This document shows, piece after piece, positions 43,762-54,499 of a stretch of DNA of 58,163 nt (its first letter is position 1; the number at the start of each line of letters is the position of its first letter). The stretch is from an uncultured Sphingomonas sp. (lineage in GTDB: Bacteria; Pseudomonadota; Alphaproteobacteria; Sphingomonadales; Sphingomonadaceae): assembly GCA_902806275.1 (NCBI GenBank), contig CADCVY010000060.1, positions 1-58,163 of the forward strand, in the 5' to 3' direction. The translations under genes were made by a program, and so were the position numbers. A model generated the notes under the pieces. It worked only from the letters and a program-made list of their open reading frames with translations. It was not told the DNA's origin and made no database searches.

Positions 43762-44576
43762 GCGACGCTGCCGAACCGCTGCGCGCGGTCATCGCACGGC
43801 ACGGGCTCAGCGCCAGCAAGGCCCTCGGCCAGAACTTTATCCTCGATCGGCAGTTGCTGGCACGGATCGCGGCCGTCCCTGGCGCGCTTGGAGGCGAGCG
43901 CGTCTATGAGGTCGGCCCCGGTCCCGGCGGCATGACGCGCGCACTGCTCGATGCCGGCGCCGAGGTGGTGGCAGTCGAGCGCGACCGCCGCTGCATGCCC
44001 GCACTTGCCGAACTTCAAGCCGAGTTCGGCAGCAAACTTCAGGTGATCGAGGCCGACGCGCTGAAGGTTGCTGAAGTGGAGGTGGTCGGCGCGGGCGCGC
44101 ACGTCGTCGCAAACCTCCCCTACAATATCGGCACGGCCCTGCTGCTGAAGTGGCTCGGCGGCGCCTGGCCGCCCTGGTGGCGCTCGCTTACCCTGATGTT
44201 CCAGAAGGAAGTCGCCGAAAGGATCGTGGCTGCCCCAGGCGACGAGGCCTACGGCCGTTTGTCGGTAGCTGTGCAATGGCGCGCCCGGCCGCGCATCGCG
44301 ATGTCGGTCAAACCCTCCGCGTTCGTGCCACCGCCGAAGGTCACCTCGGCCCTCGTGCACATCGTGCCGCTGGACGCGCCCGAGGGGGTTGATGCGTCAG
44401 TGGTCGAGCGGCTGACGGAGGCGGCGTTCGGGCAGCGGCGCAAGATGCTGCGATCTTCGCTCAAGGCCGTCCCAGACGCGCTCGACGCGCTTGCGCAAGT
44501 CGGCATCGACCCGGAGCGGCGCGCCGAGACCGTCAGCGTCGCCGACTTCGTCCGCTTGGCGCGGCTCTTGAGCTAG
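43758..44576 (+). CDS. rsmA: 16S rRNA m6,2A dimethyltransferase
   Basis: KALGQNF, EVGPGPG, NLPYN, FQKEVAER, QRRKML; TTG start at 43758. Confidence 0.95.
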   Translation: MSDAAEPLRAVIARHGLSASKALGQNFILDRQLLARIAAVPGALGGERVYEVGPGPGGMTRALLDAGAEVVAVERDRRCMPALAELQAEFGSKLQVIEADALKVAEVEVVGAGAHVVANLPYNIGTALLLKWLGGAWPPWWRSLTLMFQKEVAERIVAAPGDEAYGRLSVAVQWRARPRIAMSVKPSAFVPPPKVTSALVHIVPLDAPEGVDASVVERLTEAAFGQRRKMLRSSLKAVPDALDALAQVGIDPERRAETVSVADFVRLARLLS

Positions 44577-45073
44577 TTGGTCTTGGGCGTTGTCGCCGGC
44601 TTGGCCGCCGCAACGGTCGGCCCGCGGCTGATCGCCGCCGAAAGCTGCGCCACCTGCGGGCAGCCCTGGCGGCAGATGGTCTGCAGCTTCTGCAGATTGG
44701 CCTGCGCCCTTGCCACGGCGCCAAGCTCGACCATCGCTTCACCCTGAACCGCGATGGCGTCGGGATCGTTCGGCTCGATCAGCAGCGCGCGGTTGGTCAG
44801 CCGGATCGCCTTGCCATAAAGCCGCTGCTTGTCGGCCACGCGGGCGAGGTCGGTGAATGCCCAACGATTGCGCGGGTCGACGGCGAGTGCCGTCTCAAGC
44901 GTATCGGCAGCCTGTTCGAGCTTGCCCGAAGCGAGCAGCGCCTTGCCCTGCCGTTGCAGTTCAAGCGACCTCGGGTTGATCTGGTCATCCGCCGTCCGCT
45001 GGCCGGTAACCGGAGCGGCAAGCGCGATGCCGGCAAAACCGATGATCAGGACCCGGGGCAAAAGACGCATCAA
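44573..45073 (-). CDS. Exported tetratricopeptide repeat protein
   Basis: Signal peptide and TPR helices (ALAVDPRN, ALLIEPND). Confidence 0.75.
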   Translation of the reverse strand: MMRLLPRVLIIGFAGIALAAPVTGQRTADDQINPRSLELQRQGKALLASGKLEQAADTLETALAVDPRNRWAFTDLARVADKQRLYGKAIRLTNRALLIEPNDPDAIAVQGEAMVELGAVARAQANLQKLQTICRQGCPQVAQLSAAISRGPTVAAAKPATTPKTN

Positions 45074-45097
45074 TTTCTCTCCATCTTCGGCTGCCCC

Positions 45098-46273
45098 TTA
45101 ACAGGGCCGCCCCAGCCGCGCGACGAAAAAGCCGTCGGTGCCGTCGTAAGCTGGCGTGATCAACCGCCCGGCACCGTCCGAACGCCCGGCGTCGACAGGC
45201 GTTTCCTGCACTTGCCATGATGAATGGCGGATTAGGAACTCGTCAACCTGGCCTGCCCCTTCCCGGGACAGCAATGAACACACCGCATAGACGAGCCGGC
45301 CACCCGGCCGCACCAGCTCCGCCGCAAGTTGGAGCACCCGTGCTTGCAGCGCAATCACCCGCTCCAGCCGTTCCGGCGTCAGCCGCCAGCGCCCCTCCGG
45401 GTTGCGCCGCCAGGTCCCGCTCCCTGAACATGGCGCGTCGACGAGCACGAGGTCGACCCGCCCGGCCCAGTCGGCGAGACCGGTCAGTTCATTGGGCGGG
45501 TTGAGCAGGCGCGTTGCGATGCTGGCGCCTGCCCGATCGGCGCGCGGCGGCAACTTGGCAAGGCGGGCGCGGTTGGTATCTGTCGCCAGGATCTCCGCAC
45601 CCGGCGCCGCGGCGGCGAGGGCCAGCGACTTGCCGCCGGCGCCGGCGCACAGGTCGACGATCCGCTCGCCATCCGCTGCGCCGCAGGCGAGCGCGACCAG
45701 TTGGCTGCCCTCGTCCTGGACTTCGATCAGCCCGCCGGTGAACGCCGGATGGTCGTCGATGCGGCTATCGGCAGGAAGGCGGATGCCCCATGGGCTGATC
45801 CGGCTTGCTTCACCTGCGGGGAAGCCCGCCAGAACCAAGTCGCGGTCGGCGCGTGCGGCGTTGACCCTCAGGTCCAGCGGTGCTCGCTCGAGCAGTGCCG
45901 GCCATTCGTTCGGCGCCACAAGCGGCGAAAGCTTTTTAGCGATCCATTCGGGCATGGCACCGGCTTGCGATCGTTCATCGCTTTCCCCGACCGGCGCGGG
46001 ACCGCGTTCCTCGCCGAACAAGGCCGCGAGTTCCGGCAAGTCGTCAGCAAGCCCGATGATCGCCGCTCGCCCGCTGGCCGGCGGCTCCGCCGAGCGGCGG
46101 ACAGCCCGAAACACCAGCTCGCGCACTGCCCGCCGGTCCTTAGAACCGGCATAACGTCGGGTCTTGAAATAGCGCGTGACGATCGCGTCGGCGGGCGGTC
46201 CATCGTTCCGGGCCGCGGCGATCACCTCGTCAAGGATCTCGCTGGCCGCCTGCAACCGCGCCGCGGGCCTCAT
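45098..46273 (-). CDS. RsmB/NOP family RNA C5-methyltransferase
   Basis: VQDEGSQ, DLCAGAGGKS, DAPCSGSG, YAVCS, DGFF. Confidence 0.9.
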   Translation of the reverse strand: MRPAARLQAASEILDEVIAAARNDGPPADAIVTRYFKTRRYAGSKDRRAVRELVFRAVRRSAEPPASGRAAIIGLADDLPELAALFGEERGPAPVGESDERSQAGAMPEWIAKKLSPLVAPNEWPALLERAPLDLRVNAARADRDLVLAGFPAGEASRISPWGIRLPADSRIDDHPAFTGGLIEVQDEGSQLVALACGAADGERIVDLCAGAGGKSLALAAAAPGAEILATDTNRARLAKLPPRADRAGASIATRLLNPPNELTGLADWAGRVDLVLVDAPCSGSGTWRRNPEGRWRLTPERLERVIALQARVLQLAAELVRPGGRLVYAVCSLLSREGAGQVDEFLIRHSSWQVQETPVDAGRSDGAGRLITPAYDGTDGFFVARLGRPC

Positions 46274-46276
46274 GCA

Positions 46277-47797
<1,521 letters not shown>

Positions 47798-48631
47798 TTA
47801 AGCGCCAGCCCGCCCAAGCACCCGCCTGGCCGCTTCGACATGCATCCGCTCGATCATTTCGTCCTCGAAGCGTTCGGCGCCCCCGTCGAACGCCGCGACC
47901 AGCCTGCGTGCGCGTTGCACTTCTTGCTCGGAAGCGGCGAAGGTCCGGTGGCACGGCGTAATCTGGTCGGGATGGATCAGGCTCTTGCCGTCGAAGCCAA
48001 ACATCCGGCCGGCTCGGCACTCGGCGGCGAAGCCCTCGGCATCGGTCAGCTGGTTGAACACGCCGTCGAACACCGGGACGCCGGCGGCGCGCGCGGCAAG
48101 CACGATCAGCTGCAGAGCGGCGCCGATCGGCTCGCGGTTGGCATTGAGCGGCAGCCGCAGGTCGGCGCGCAGGTCGTTGGTCCCCGCGATCAGGCCCGCA
48201 GTCTCGGGAGCAATCTCCGCGGCCGCGATCACCCCCGCGGCCGTTTCGATCATCGCCAGCACCGGCTTGCCAACGGCCTCGCGGACACCGGCGACCAGAT
48301 GCGCTGAGCTTGCGCGCGGAACCACCACGAACTCGGCGCCTGATCCGGCAACCGCATCGAGGTCGAGCGAGTGCCATTCGGTCCCAACGCCGTTGACCCG
48401 GATCGCCACCGGCATCGCCCAGTCGGACGCAACCGCTTGCACCGCAGCATCGCGCGCCCGGCCCTTGTCCGCTGGCTTCACAGCGTCTTCGAGATCGAGC
48501 ACGACCAGGTCGGCACCGGCGCCACGCGCCTTGGCGATCGCGCGCGGGTTGGATGCAGGCAGGAACAAGATGGAGCGCACCGCGAACAGGTCGGTGCCGC
48601 GCCCGTCGCTTTTCGCTTCCGCTATCGTCAT
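47798..48631 (-). CDS. CitE/HpcH-HpaI family CoA-ester lyase (start uncertain)
   Basis: RSILFLPA, LDLEDAV, MIET, GTNDL, GKSLIHP. Confidence 0.85.
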   Translation of the reverse strand: MTIAEAKSDGRGTDLFAVRSILFLPASNPRAIAKARGAGADLVVLDLEDAVKPADKGRARDAAVQAVASDWAMPVAIRVNGVGTEWHSLDLDAVAGSGAEFVVVPRASSAHLVAGVREAVGKPVLAMIETAAGVIAAAEIAPETAGLIAGTNDLRADLRLPLNANREPIGAALQLIVLAARAAGVPVFDGVFNQLTDAEGFAAECRAGRMFGFDGKSLIHPDQITPCHRTFAASEQEVQRARRLVAAFDGGAERFEDEMIERMHVEAARRVLGRAGA

Positions 48632-48678
48632 GGAAACCGCATCATGTCGCGTGAAGCTCACCTGGGGAAAGAGAAACG

Positions 48679-49650
48679 ATGCTGACGACCTTCATGATCG
48701 CGGTTGCGGTGCTCGTCCTCCTGTACGTGATGATCGGGGTCAAGATCGTCCACCAGGGCTACCGCTACACGATCGAGCATTTCGGGCGCTTCGTCCGCGT
48801 CGCCGACCCGGGCTTCAACTTCGTCCCGCCGTTCTTCTACCGGGTCGGCCGCAAGGTGAACATGATGGAACAGGTGCTCGACATTCCCGGCCAGGAGATC
48901 ATCACCCGCGACAACGCCATGGTGGCGGTGGACGGGGTCGTCTTCTTCCAGGTGCTGGACCCGGCCCGCGCCGCCTACGAGGTCAGCGACCTCTACCCCT
49001 CGCTGCTGGCGCTGGCGACGACCAACCTGCGCACGGTGATGGGTTCGATGGACCTTGATGAAACTTTGTCCAAGCGCGACGAGATCAACGCCCGACTGCT
49101 CAACGTCGTCGACCATGCGACCGAGGCGTGGGGCGTCAAGATCACGCGCGTCGAGCTGAAGGACATTCGCCCGCCCGCCGACATCGTCAACGCCATGACC
49201 CGCCAGATGAAGGCGGAACGCGAAAAACGCGCCGCCATCCTCGAATCGGAAGGCATGCGGGCATCGGAGATCCTGCGCGCCGAAGGCGAGAAGCAGGCGC
49301 GCATTCTCCAGGCCGAGGGGCAAAAGGAAGCGGCCTTTCGCGAGGCCGAAGCGCGCGAGCGCGCGGCCGGAGCGGAAGCCAAGGCCACCACGCTCGTGTC
49401 CGACGCGATTGCTGGTGGCAACGCGCAAGCGATCAACTATTTCATCGCGCAGAAATACGTCGAGGCGGTGGCCGAGTTCGCGCGGTCACCCAATGCGAAA
49501 ACCATCCTGTTCCCGATCGAAGCCACCCAATTGATCGGCACGCTTGGCGGGATCGGCGAGCTGGCGCGCGAAGTTCTGGCAGGCGAAGCCCCAGCGGCGG
49601 ATGTCCAGCCGCGGATCAAGGCTGTCCGGGGGGCGCCGGACGCGCAATGA
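48679..49650 (+). CDS. SPFH/Band 7 domain protein (QmcA-like)
   Basis: N-terminal TM, QEIITRDN, WGVKITRVELKDI, QMKAEREKRA. Confidence 0.9.
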   Translation: MLTTFMIAVAVLVLLYVMIGVKIVHQGYRYTIEHFGRFVRVADPGFNFVPPFFYRVGRKVNMMEQVLDIPGQEIITRDNAMVAVDGVVFFQVLDPARAAYEVSDLYPSLLALATTNLRTVMGSMDLDETLSKRDEINARLLNVVDHATEAWGVKITRVELKDIRPPADIVNAMTRQMKAEREKRAAILESEGMRASEILRAEGEKQARILQAEGQKEAAFREAEARERAAGAEAKATTLVSDAIAGGNAQAINYFIAQKYVEAVAEFARSPNAKTILFPIEATQLIGTLGGIGELAREVLAGEAPAADVQPRIKAVRGAPDAQ

Positions 49651-50105
49651 TCGAGGGCCTCGACCCAAGCTGGCTGTGGCTGATCGGCGGCGTTGTGCTG
49701 CTGATCGCCGAAGTTGTCGCACCCGGGTTCTTTTTGTTCTTCATCGGCGCAGCCGCGGTTGCAACCGGGGTGCTGGCAGTGGCAATCGGCCTGCCTGTCG
49801 CAGCGCAGGCGGCGGTATTCGCAGCACTTGCCTTAGCCTTCGCGCGAGTGGGCGGTCGACGTGCCTATGCATCGCGCTACGATTATAGCAGCGACCCGCT
49901 GCTCAACGACCGCGTGGCTCGCCTACTCGGCAAAGTCGTTGTGGTGGTCGAAGCGGTTGACGCCAACGGCGGCCGCGTTCGCGTCGGGGACAGCGAATGG
50001 TCCGCTCGCTGGCAGCCCGCGGGCCTCGGCGAGCGCGTGCGGGTCGTCGATGTTGACGGCAACTGCCTGAAGGTTGAAGCGGAACACAGCCTTCCTCCTG
50101 CGTAA
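49647..50105 (+). CDS. NfeD family membrane protein
   Basis: WLIGG..LLIAE..PG, LNDR, GRVRVGDSEW OB-fold; coupled to SPFH gene. Confidence 0.85.
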   Translation: MIEGLDPSWLWLIGGVVLLIAEVVAPGFFLFFIGAAAVATGVLAVAIGLPVAAQAAVFAALALAFARVGGRRAYASRYDYSSDPLLNDRVARLLGKVVVVVEAVDANGGRVRVGDSEWSARWQPAGLGERVRVVDVDGNCLKVEAEHSLPPA

Positions 50106-50133
50106 CGGAGCTTCGCCCCCCGTGACCGACACC

Positions 50134-51948
50134 ATGATCAGCCGCCGAGATGCCCTTGCCGGGCTTGCCGCGACCAGCGCCTTTCCCGTGCTCTCGCCCG
50201 CCTTCGCGCAACCGGCGGCTCCTGCGGATGCGCAAGCCACTGCATTGCTCGACTCCATCGCCGAGAACCTGCTGCGCCTGTCGCCGGAAAGCGCGACCAG
50301 CCTCGGCATCGACAAGGGTGAGCGCGCCGGCCTGCGCTCGCTGCTCAGCGATCGCTCCGGTATCGGCCAGCAGCGGCTCGCACAGACGATTCGCGCCGAC
50401 CTTGCCCGTGCCAATGCGATCGACACCGCGAACCTGACGCACGCCACCCGCACCAGCGTCGAAGTGGTGCGCAGTGCCTATTCGACCGCACTCGAAGGCT
50501 TCATGCTGCCCTATGGCGACGTGTCGGTCGGCGGCTGGCGCAACACGCCTTACGTGATCATCCAGAATGTCGGCGCCTACCTCGACGTGCCGCGCTTCCT
50601 GGATGCCGAGCACCAGATCGAGTCGGCGGCCGACGCCGAAGCCTACCTCTCCAGGCTCGCCTCCTATCCCAGGCAGCTGGACAATGAGCTCGGCCGGCTG
50701 ATCATGGCCCGCTACAAAGGCCTGATCCCGCCGGCATTCGCGATAGACAAGACCCTAGAACAACTGCGCCAATCGGCCGCCGCTGCACGCAAAAGCGGCG
50801 GTCTGGTCGAGTCCCTCACCGGGCGGACCAAGGAGAAGCGCATCGCCGGCAACTGGGACGCGCGCGCGCGCGCCATCGTCACCAGGGAGGTCGTGCCCGC
50901 CCTCGAACGGCAGATCGCGGAGCTCACGCTGCAGCGGGCCCAGGCGACCGACGTGCCCGGCATGTGGTCGCGGCCGAACGGCGACGAGTACTACCGCTGG
51001 GCGGTCAAAGCCTCGACCACCACCGGCATGTCCCCGGACGAGATCCACCAGCTCGGGCTCGACACCCTGCGCGGCCTTCATGCGCAGATGGACACGATCC
51101 TCAAGCGCGCGGGCTACGCGCAAGGCAGCGTCGGCGCCCGCATGCAGGCGCTGCAAAAGGATCCGAAGTACCGCTTTGCCGACAGCGACAAGGGTCGCGC
51201 CGACGTGATGGCCTTCATCCAGGAGCGGCTCCGTCTAATCCGCGCAAAGATGCCGCAGGCGTTCAACACTCAGGTTCGCGGCAACGTCGAAGTCCGTCGG
51301 CTACCGCCGGAGGAAGAGCCCGGCGCGCCCGGTGCCTATGGCGGCGCCGGTTCGATCGACGGCACCATTCCCGGCAAGTTCTGGATCAACCTCAAGCCCG
51401 GCTTCGAGCACACGCGCTACGACCTGCCGAGCCTGACCCACCATGAGGCCATCCCCGGTCACGTCTGGCAGGGGGAATATGCCAATCGCCTGCCGCTCAT
51501 TCGCACCCTGCTGTCGTTCAACGCTTATTCCGAAGGCTGGGCGCTCTACGCCGAGCAGCTTGCGGACGAGCTTGGCGTCTACAGCGACTTCGAGGTCGGC
51601 CGCCTCGGCTACCTCAACTCAATTGCCTTTCGCGCATCGCGCCTGGTGGTCGACACCGGGCTTCACCACAAGCGCTGGAGCCGCGAGCAGGCGCGGCAGT
51701 TCTTCCTCGACAACGTCGGCGATCCCAACGCCAGCGAAGTCGACCGCTACGCGACCTGGCCCGGCCAGGCGCTCGGCTACGAAGTCGGCCACCAGGAGAT
51801 CAACCGCCAGCGCGACAAGGCCAAGGCGGCGCTTGGGCCCCGCTTCGACCTCAAGGCGTTCAACGATGCGGTGGTGCTCGGCGGCAACGTACCGATGGAC
51901 GTGCTCGCCAAGAACGTCGACGCCTACGTGGCGACGGCTCGGGCCTAG
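50134..51948 (+). CDS. DUF885 family protein with Tat signal
   Basis: SRRDAL twin-arginine leader, HEAIPGH, EGWALYAE, RLVVDTGLH, EVDRY..PGQA. Confidence 0.88.
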   Translation: MISRRDALAGLAATSAFPVLSPAFAQPAAPADAQATALLDSIAENLLRLSPESATSLGIDKGERAGLRSLLSDRSGIGQQRLAQTIRADLARANAIDTANLTHATRTSVEVVRSAYSTALEGFMLPYGDVSVGGWRNTPYVIIQNVGAYLDVPRFLDAEHQIESAADAEAYLSRLASYPRQLDNELGRLIMARYKGLIPPAFAIDKTLEQLRQSAAAARKSGGLVESLTGRTKEKRIAGNWDARARAIVTREVVPALERQIAELTLQRAQATDVPGMWSRPNGDEYYRWAVKASTTTGMSPDEIHQLGLDTLRGLHAQMDTILKRAGYAQGSVGARMQALQKDPKYRFADSDKGRADVMAFIQERLRLIRAKMPQAFNTQVRGNVEVRRLPPEEEPGAPGAYGGAGSIDGTIPGKFWINLKPGFEHTRYDLPSLTHHEAIPGHVWQGEYANRLPLIRTLLSFNAYSEGWALYAEQLADELGVYSDFEVGRLGYLNSIAFRASRLVVDTGLHHKRWSREQARQFFLDNVGDPNASEVDRYATWPGQALGYEVGHQEINRQRDKAKAALGPRFDLKAFNDAVVLGGNVPMDVLAKNVDAYVATARA

Positions 51949-51971
51949 TATGCGGGGCTAGCGCTTTTCTG

Positions 51972-51999
51972 ATGTCCGATTTCGACCCATTGCCGACAT
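51972..51999 (+). repeat. 28-bp palindromic site, copy 1
   Basis: ATGTCCGATTT CGACCC ATTGCCGACAT. Confidence 0.85.
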
Positions 52000-52023
52000 T
52001 CACGGCAAGCTTAAGCTACGCGC

Positions 52024-52353
52024 ATGAGGGCAACCGCACGAGAATGGCAGAGGCTGGGATGCGCTGCGGTTCTCGGGGCAATCATAGCGTTTCCAGCTGG
52101 GGTCGTGTTCTCTGGGCGCGGATGGGTTCAACAAAGGGCAACTGATACGAAAGCTACGAGCGCACCCGCCGGCCAGGCAGAGGCGCGGAAGCCCTACTTA
52201 CCGAACGTTCTGAGCGACCCGTATGTCCTTCAGCAGCAGCGGGAGATCGTTGAGGCGCTCGAGATTTCCTGCCGCGAAACAGGCGAAGGTTGTGTCGAAG
52301 CCAAACAGGCCCGGCGATACCTTCTTGAGCGTGAAGCAACTCGGTCGCGCTAG
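52024..52353 (+). CDS. Hypothetical protein, N-terminal TM anchor, C-x6-C motif (cassette passenger 1)
   Basis: 109 aa ORF filling the space between repeat copies 1 and 2. Confidence 0.6.
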   Translation: MRATAREWQRLGCAAVLGAIIAFPAGVVFSGRGWVQQRATDTKATSAPAGQAEARKPYLPNVLSDPYVLQQQREIVEALEISCRETGEGCVEAKQARRYLLEREATRSR

Positions 52354-52366
52354 ACGTAACGAGCGC

Positions 52367-52394
52367 ACGTGCGCTTTCCATCCATTCCAGACGT
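52367..52394 (+). repeat. 28-bp palindromic site, copy 2 (diverged)
   Basis: ACGTGCGCTTT CCATCC ATTCCAGACGT. Confidence 0.75.
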
Positions 52395-52403
52395 GGACCG
52401 TTT

Positions 52404-52431
52404 ATGTCCGCTTGCCACCCATTGCGGACAT
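52404..52431 (+). repeat. 28-bp palindromic site, copy 3
   Basis: ATGTCCGCTTG CCACCC ATTGCGGACAT (perfect 8-bp terminal inverted repeat). Confidence 0.88.
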
Positions 52432-52503
52432 TCAGCCAGATAGCCGATTACCCTGCCCATGCGTCGAAGCGGACTTCAAGCATGCCCTGGCATGCGCGAG
52501 CGG

Positions 52504-54351
52504 TCAGGTAATTACGAAATCTGCGGCCGTGATGTTCAGATCTGGGCCGGCCAACGTCGCGAACTGCACCTGCGCTGCCCCGCCCATGCCGTCCGGATCG
52601 AAATACAACTTCTTCGAAAGCGGGTCGTAAATTATGCGGTCGTCCGCGTCTTTCGCTGACGTTCCCTTGACAAACGCTGCGCCGGACAGTGCTCCTGGAG
52701 CAAGGCCGGCGAACACTGCATCATCGAGCCAGATCGTGTCGGCAACCGCATTGTAGTCGGTGATCCGATCGACATTCCCGGCACTAAGGATGCTCGAGAA
52801 TAGGAATTTGTCGGCACCGCCATAGCCAGTCAGCATGTCGCTGCCGGCTTTGCCGTCGAGCACGTTGCCTGCAGCGTTGCCAATCAGCGTCTGGGCAAGC
52901 TCGTTGCCGGTGAGGTTGATCGCCGAAGTGCCGCCGTTGCTCGTGGTCGACAGCGTCTCGATCGACGATCCTGCCGCCAGCGTATAACTGACGGACGCGG
53001 AAATCCGGTCCGTCCCTCCGCCCGTCCCTTCGAGCACCAGCGTAGTGCTTGCACTCACCCGATAATTGTCGTTCTGCGTGGTGAGATTATCCGCCTGCAG
53101 GCGGTAAGCGCCCGTGACGCTGCCCACGCCCAACAGCTCCACGGTATAGAGGCCGGCCTGAGTGGTCGTGAAAGTGGCATTGGCATCAAGGCCCAAGCCA
53201 CCGTCGTCGTTCATCGCGAGTACCGTTCCGCCGGGGGCGACAACCTTCAGCTTCGGATCGGCGAGCACTTGCGAGCTTGCCATGTTCGGCAGCTTGCCGG
53301 AGCTGATCCCAAGCATCTCGAACGTGTAGGTGGTGTTCGCCGCCAGCGAAAAGACGAGCTTGTCGACTTCACCTTTAACATCGATCGAGCCGTTGAGCGC
53401 CAGATCGGGCGAGGCCATCCGGACAGCCTCACCAGCCGGGGCGCCGTTCAACGCATCGACAATGTGTGCCGCGGCGAGTGCGTGGAGCTGCGCGGTCGGG
53501 TGAAGCTGGTCAAAGAACACGAGCCTGCTGTTGTTCTCCGGGTACAGGGCAGACGCAGGATAGATTTGCTCCAACTGATCGAAAATCGCGTCCTGCATCC
53601 CGGTGAAGCTGACATAAACGATGTTGACGTCAGGGTGAGCCGCGCGAAGCTCCTCAATCTCTGCCCGGATCAATTCATCGAGCATCTCGCCATACTGTGT
53701 CGCCGCCGCACGCCGCTCAGCCTCGTTAGTGGTTCCATTGTAACCCGGCTGGATGCCCACGTCAGGCACGCCACTGACGAGGATGGACTCAACGCCAAGC
53801 TCAATGACTTGTCGAATTTCCTCGCTGAATTCCTGTGCGTCGCCGCGCATGCTCACCTGCGCCGCGGCGATATCCATCCAAGCTCCCGTCTTGGGTACCA
53901 TCTGGTGCACGTCGTTGCCGCCAAAGGTGAACATGTGCAGTGCGTTCGGATCGGCGTCACCATCGACCGCATCGCGGAAGGCATCGGTCTGGTCGTCCAA
54001 GTCAGGCACCGCTTCGGAGCCTTGCCGGATTTGCGCGCCGCCATAAGCGAAGTTGAGAGCATTTCCGCTCGGATCCGAGAAAAAACCGAACGAAATGCCC
54101 AGGTAAGGATCGTCATAGCCGAAGGGGAATACCGGCTTGGTGGCAGCACCAACAAACTTGTTGCTGATGAGATCGGCAAATGTGTAGCCGTCTGTGAAGC
54201 GACCCTTGTAGTAGCCTTTTCCGCTCGTCGGCGCGCCATTCGGCAGAGTCGTGAACGGGAAGTAGTCGTAAGTCTGCGCGAGCTGCAGCGCGTTGCCAGC
54301 ATCAACCAGACTATCGCCGAACACGAACACGCCCGTGTAGGTTGCGCTCAT
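52504..54351 (-). CDS. SGNH/GDSL esterase with PPC-like domain and RTX/hemolysin-type Ca-binding C-terminus (cassette passenger 2)
   Basis: FGDSL block I, GRFTDG, NFAYGGA, GGND, DQLHPT; GGGTD and GKAGSDMLTGYGGADKF repeats; no Sec signal. Confidence 0.85.
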   Translation of the reverse strand: MSATYTGVFVFGDSLVDAGNALQLAQTYDYFPFTTLPNGAPTSGKGYYKGRFTDGYTFADLISNKFVGAATKPVFPFGYDDPYLGISFGFFSDPSGNALNFAYGGAQIRQGSEAVPDLDDQTDAFRDAVDGDADPNALHMFTFGGNDVHQMVPKTGAWMDIAAAQVSMRGDAQEFSEEIRQVIELGVESILVSGVPDVGIQPGYNGTTNEAERRAAATQYGEMLDELIRAEIEELRAAHPDVNIVYVSFTGMQDAIFDQLEQIYPASALYPENNSRLVFFDQLHPTAQLHALAAAHIVDALNGAPAGEAVRMASPDLALNGSIDVKGEVDKLVFSLAANTTYTFEMLGISSGKLPNMASSQVLADPKLKVVAPGGTVLAMNDDGGLGLDANATFTTTQAGLYTVELLGVGSVTGAYRLQADNLTTQNDNYRVSASTTLVLEGTGGGTDRISASVSYTLAAGSSIETLSTTSNGGTSAINLTGNELAQTLIGNAAGNVLDGKAGSDMLTGYGGADKFLFSSILSAGNVDRITDYNAVADTIWLDDAVFAGLAPGALSGAAFVKGTSAKDADDRIIYDPLSKKLYFDPDGMGGAAQVQFATLAGPDLNITAADFVIT

Positions 54352-54499
54352 ACTGCCCCCTCATCCGCCTCGATCATGTGAGACGCCGACTCGGTTTTCT
54401 GATCCAAAAACCCATGATTGACAAGGGTTTATATGTAAGGCGTCGAGTACCACACCCACTGCGGCCCGATCAAACAATAGGATTGTTCGACTACAACGA

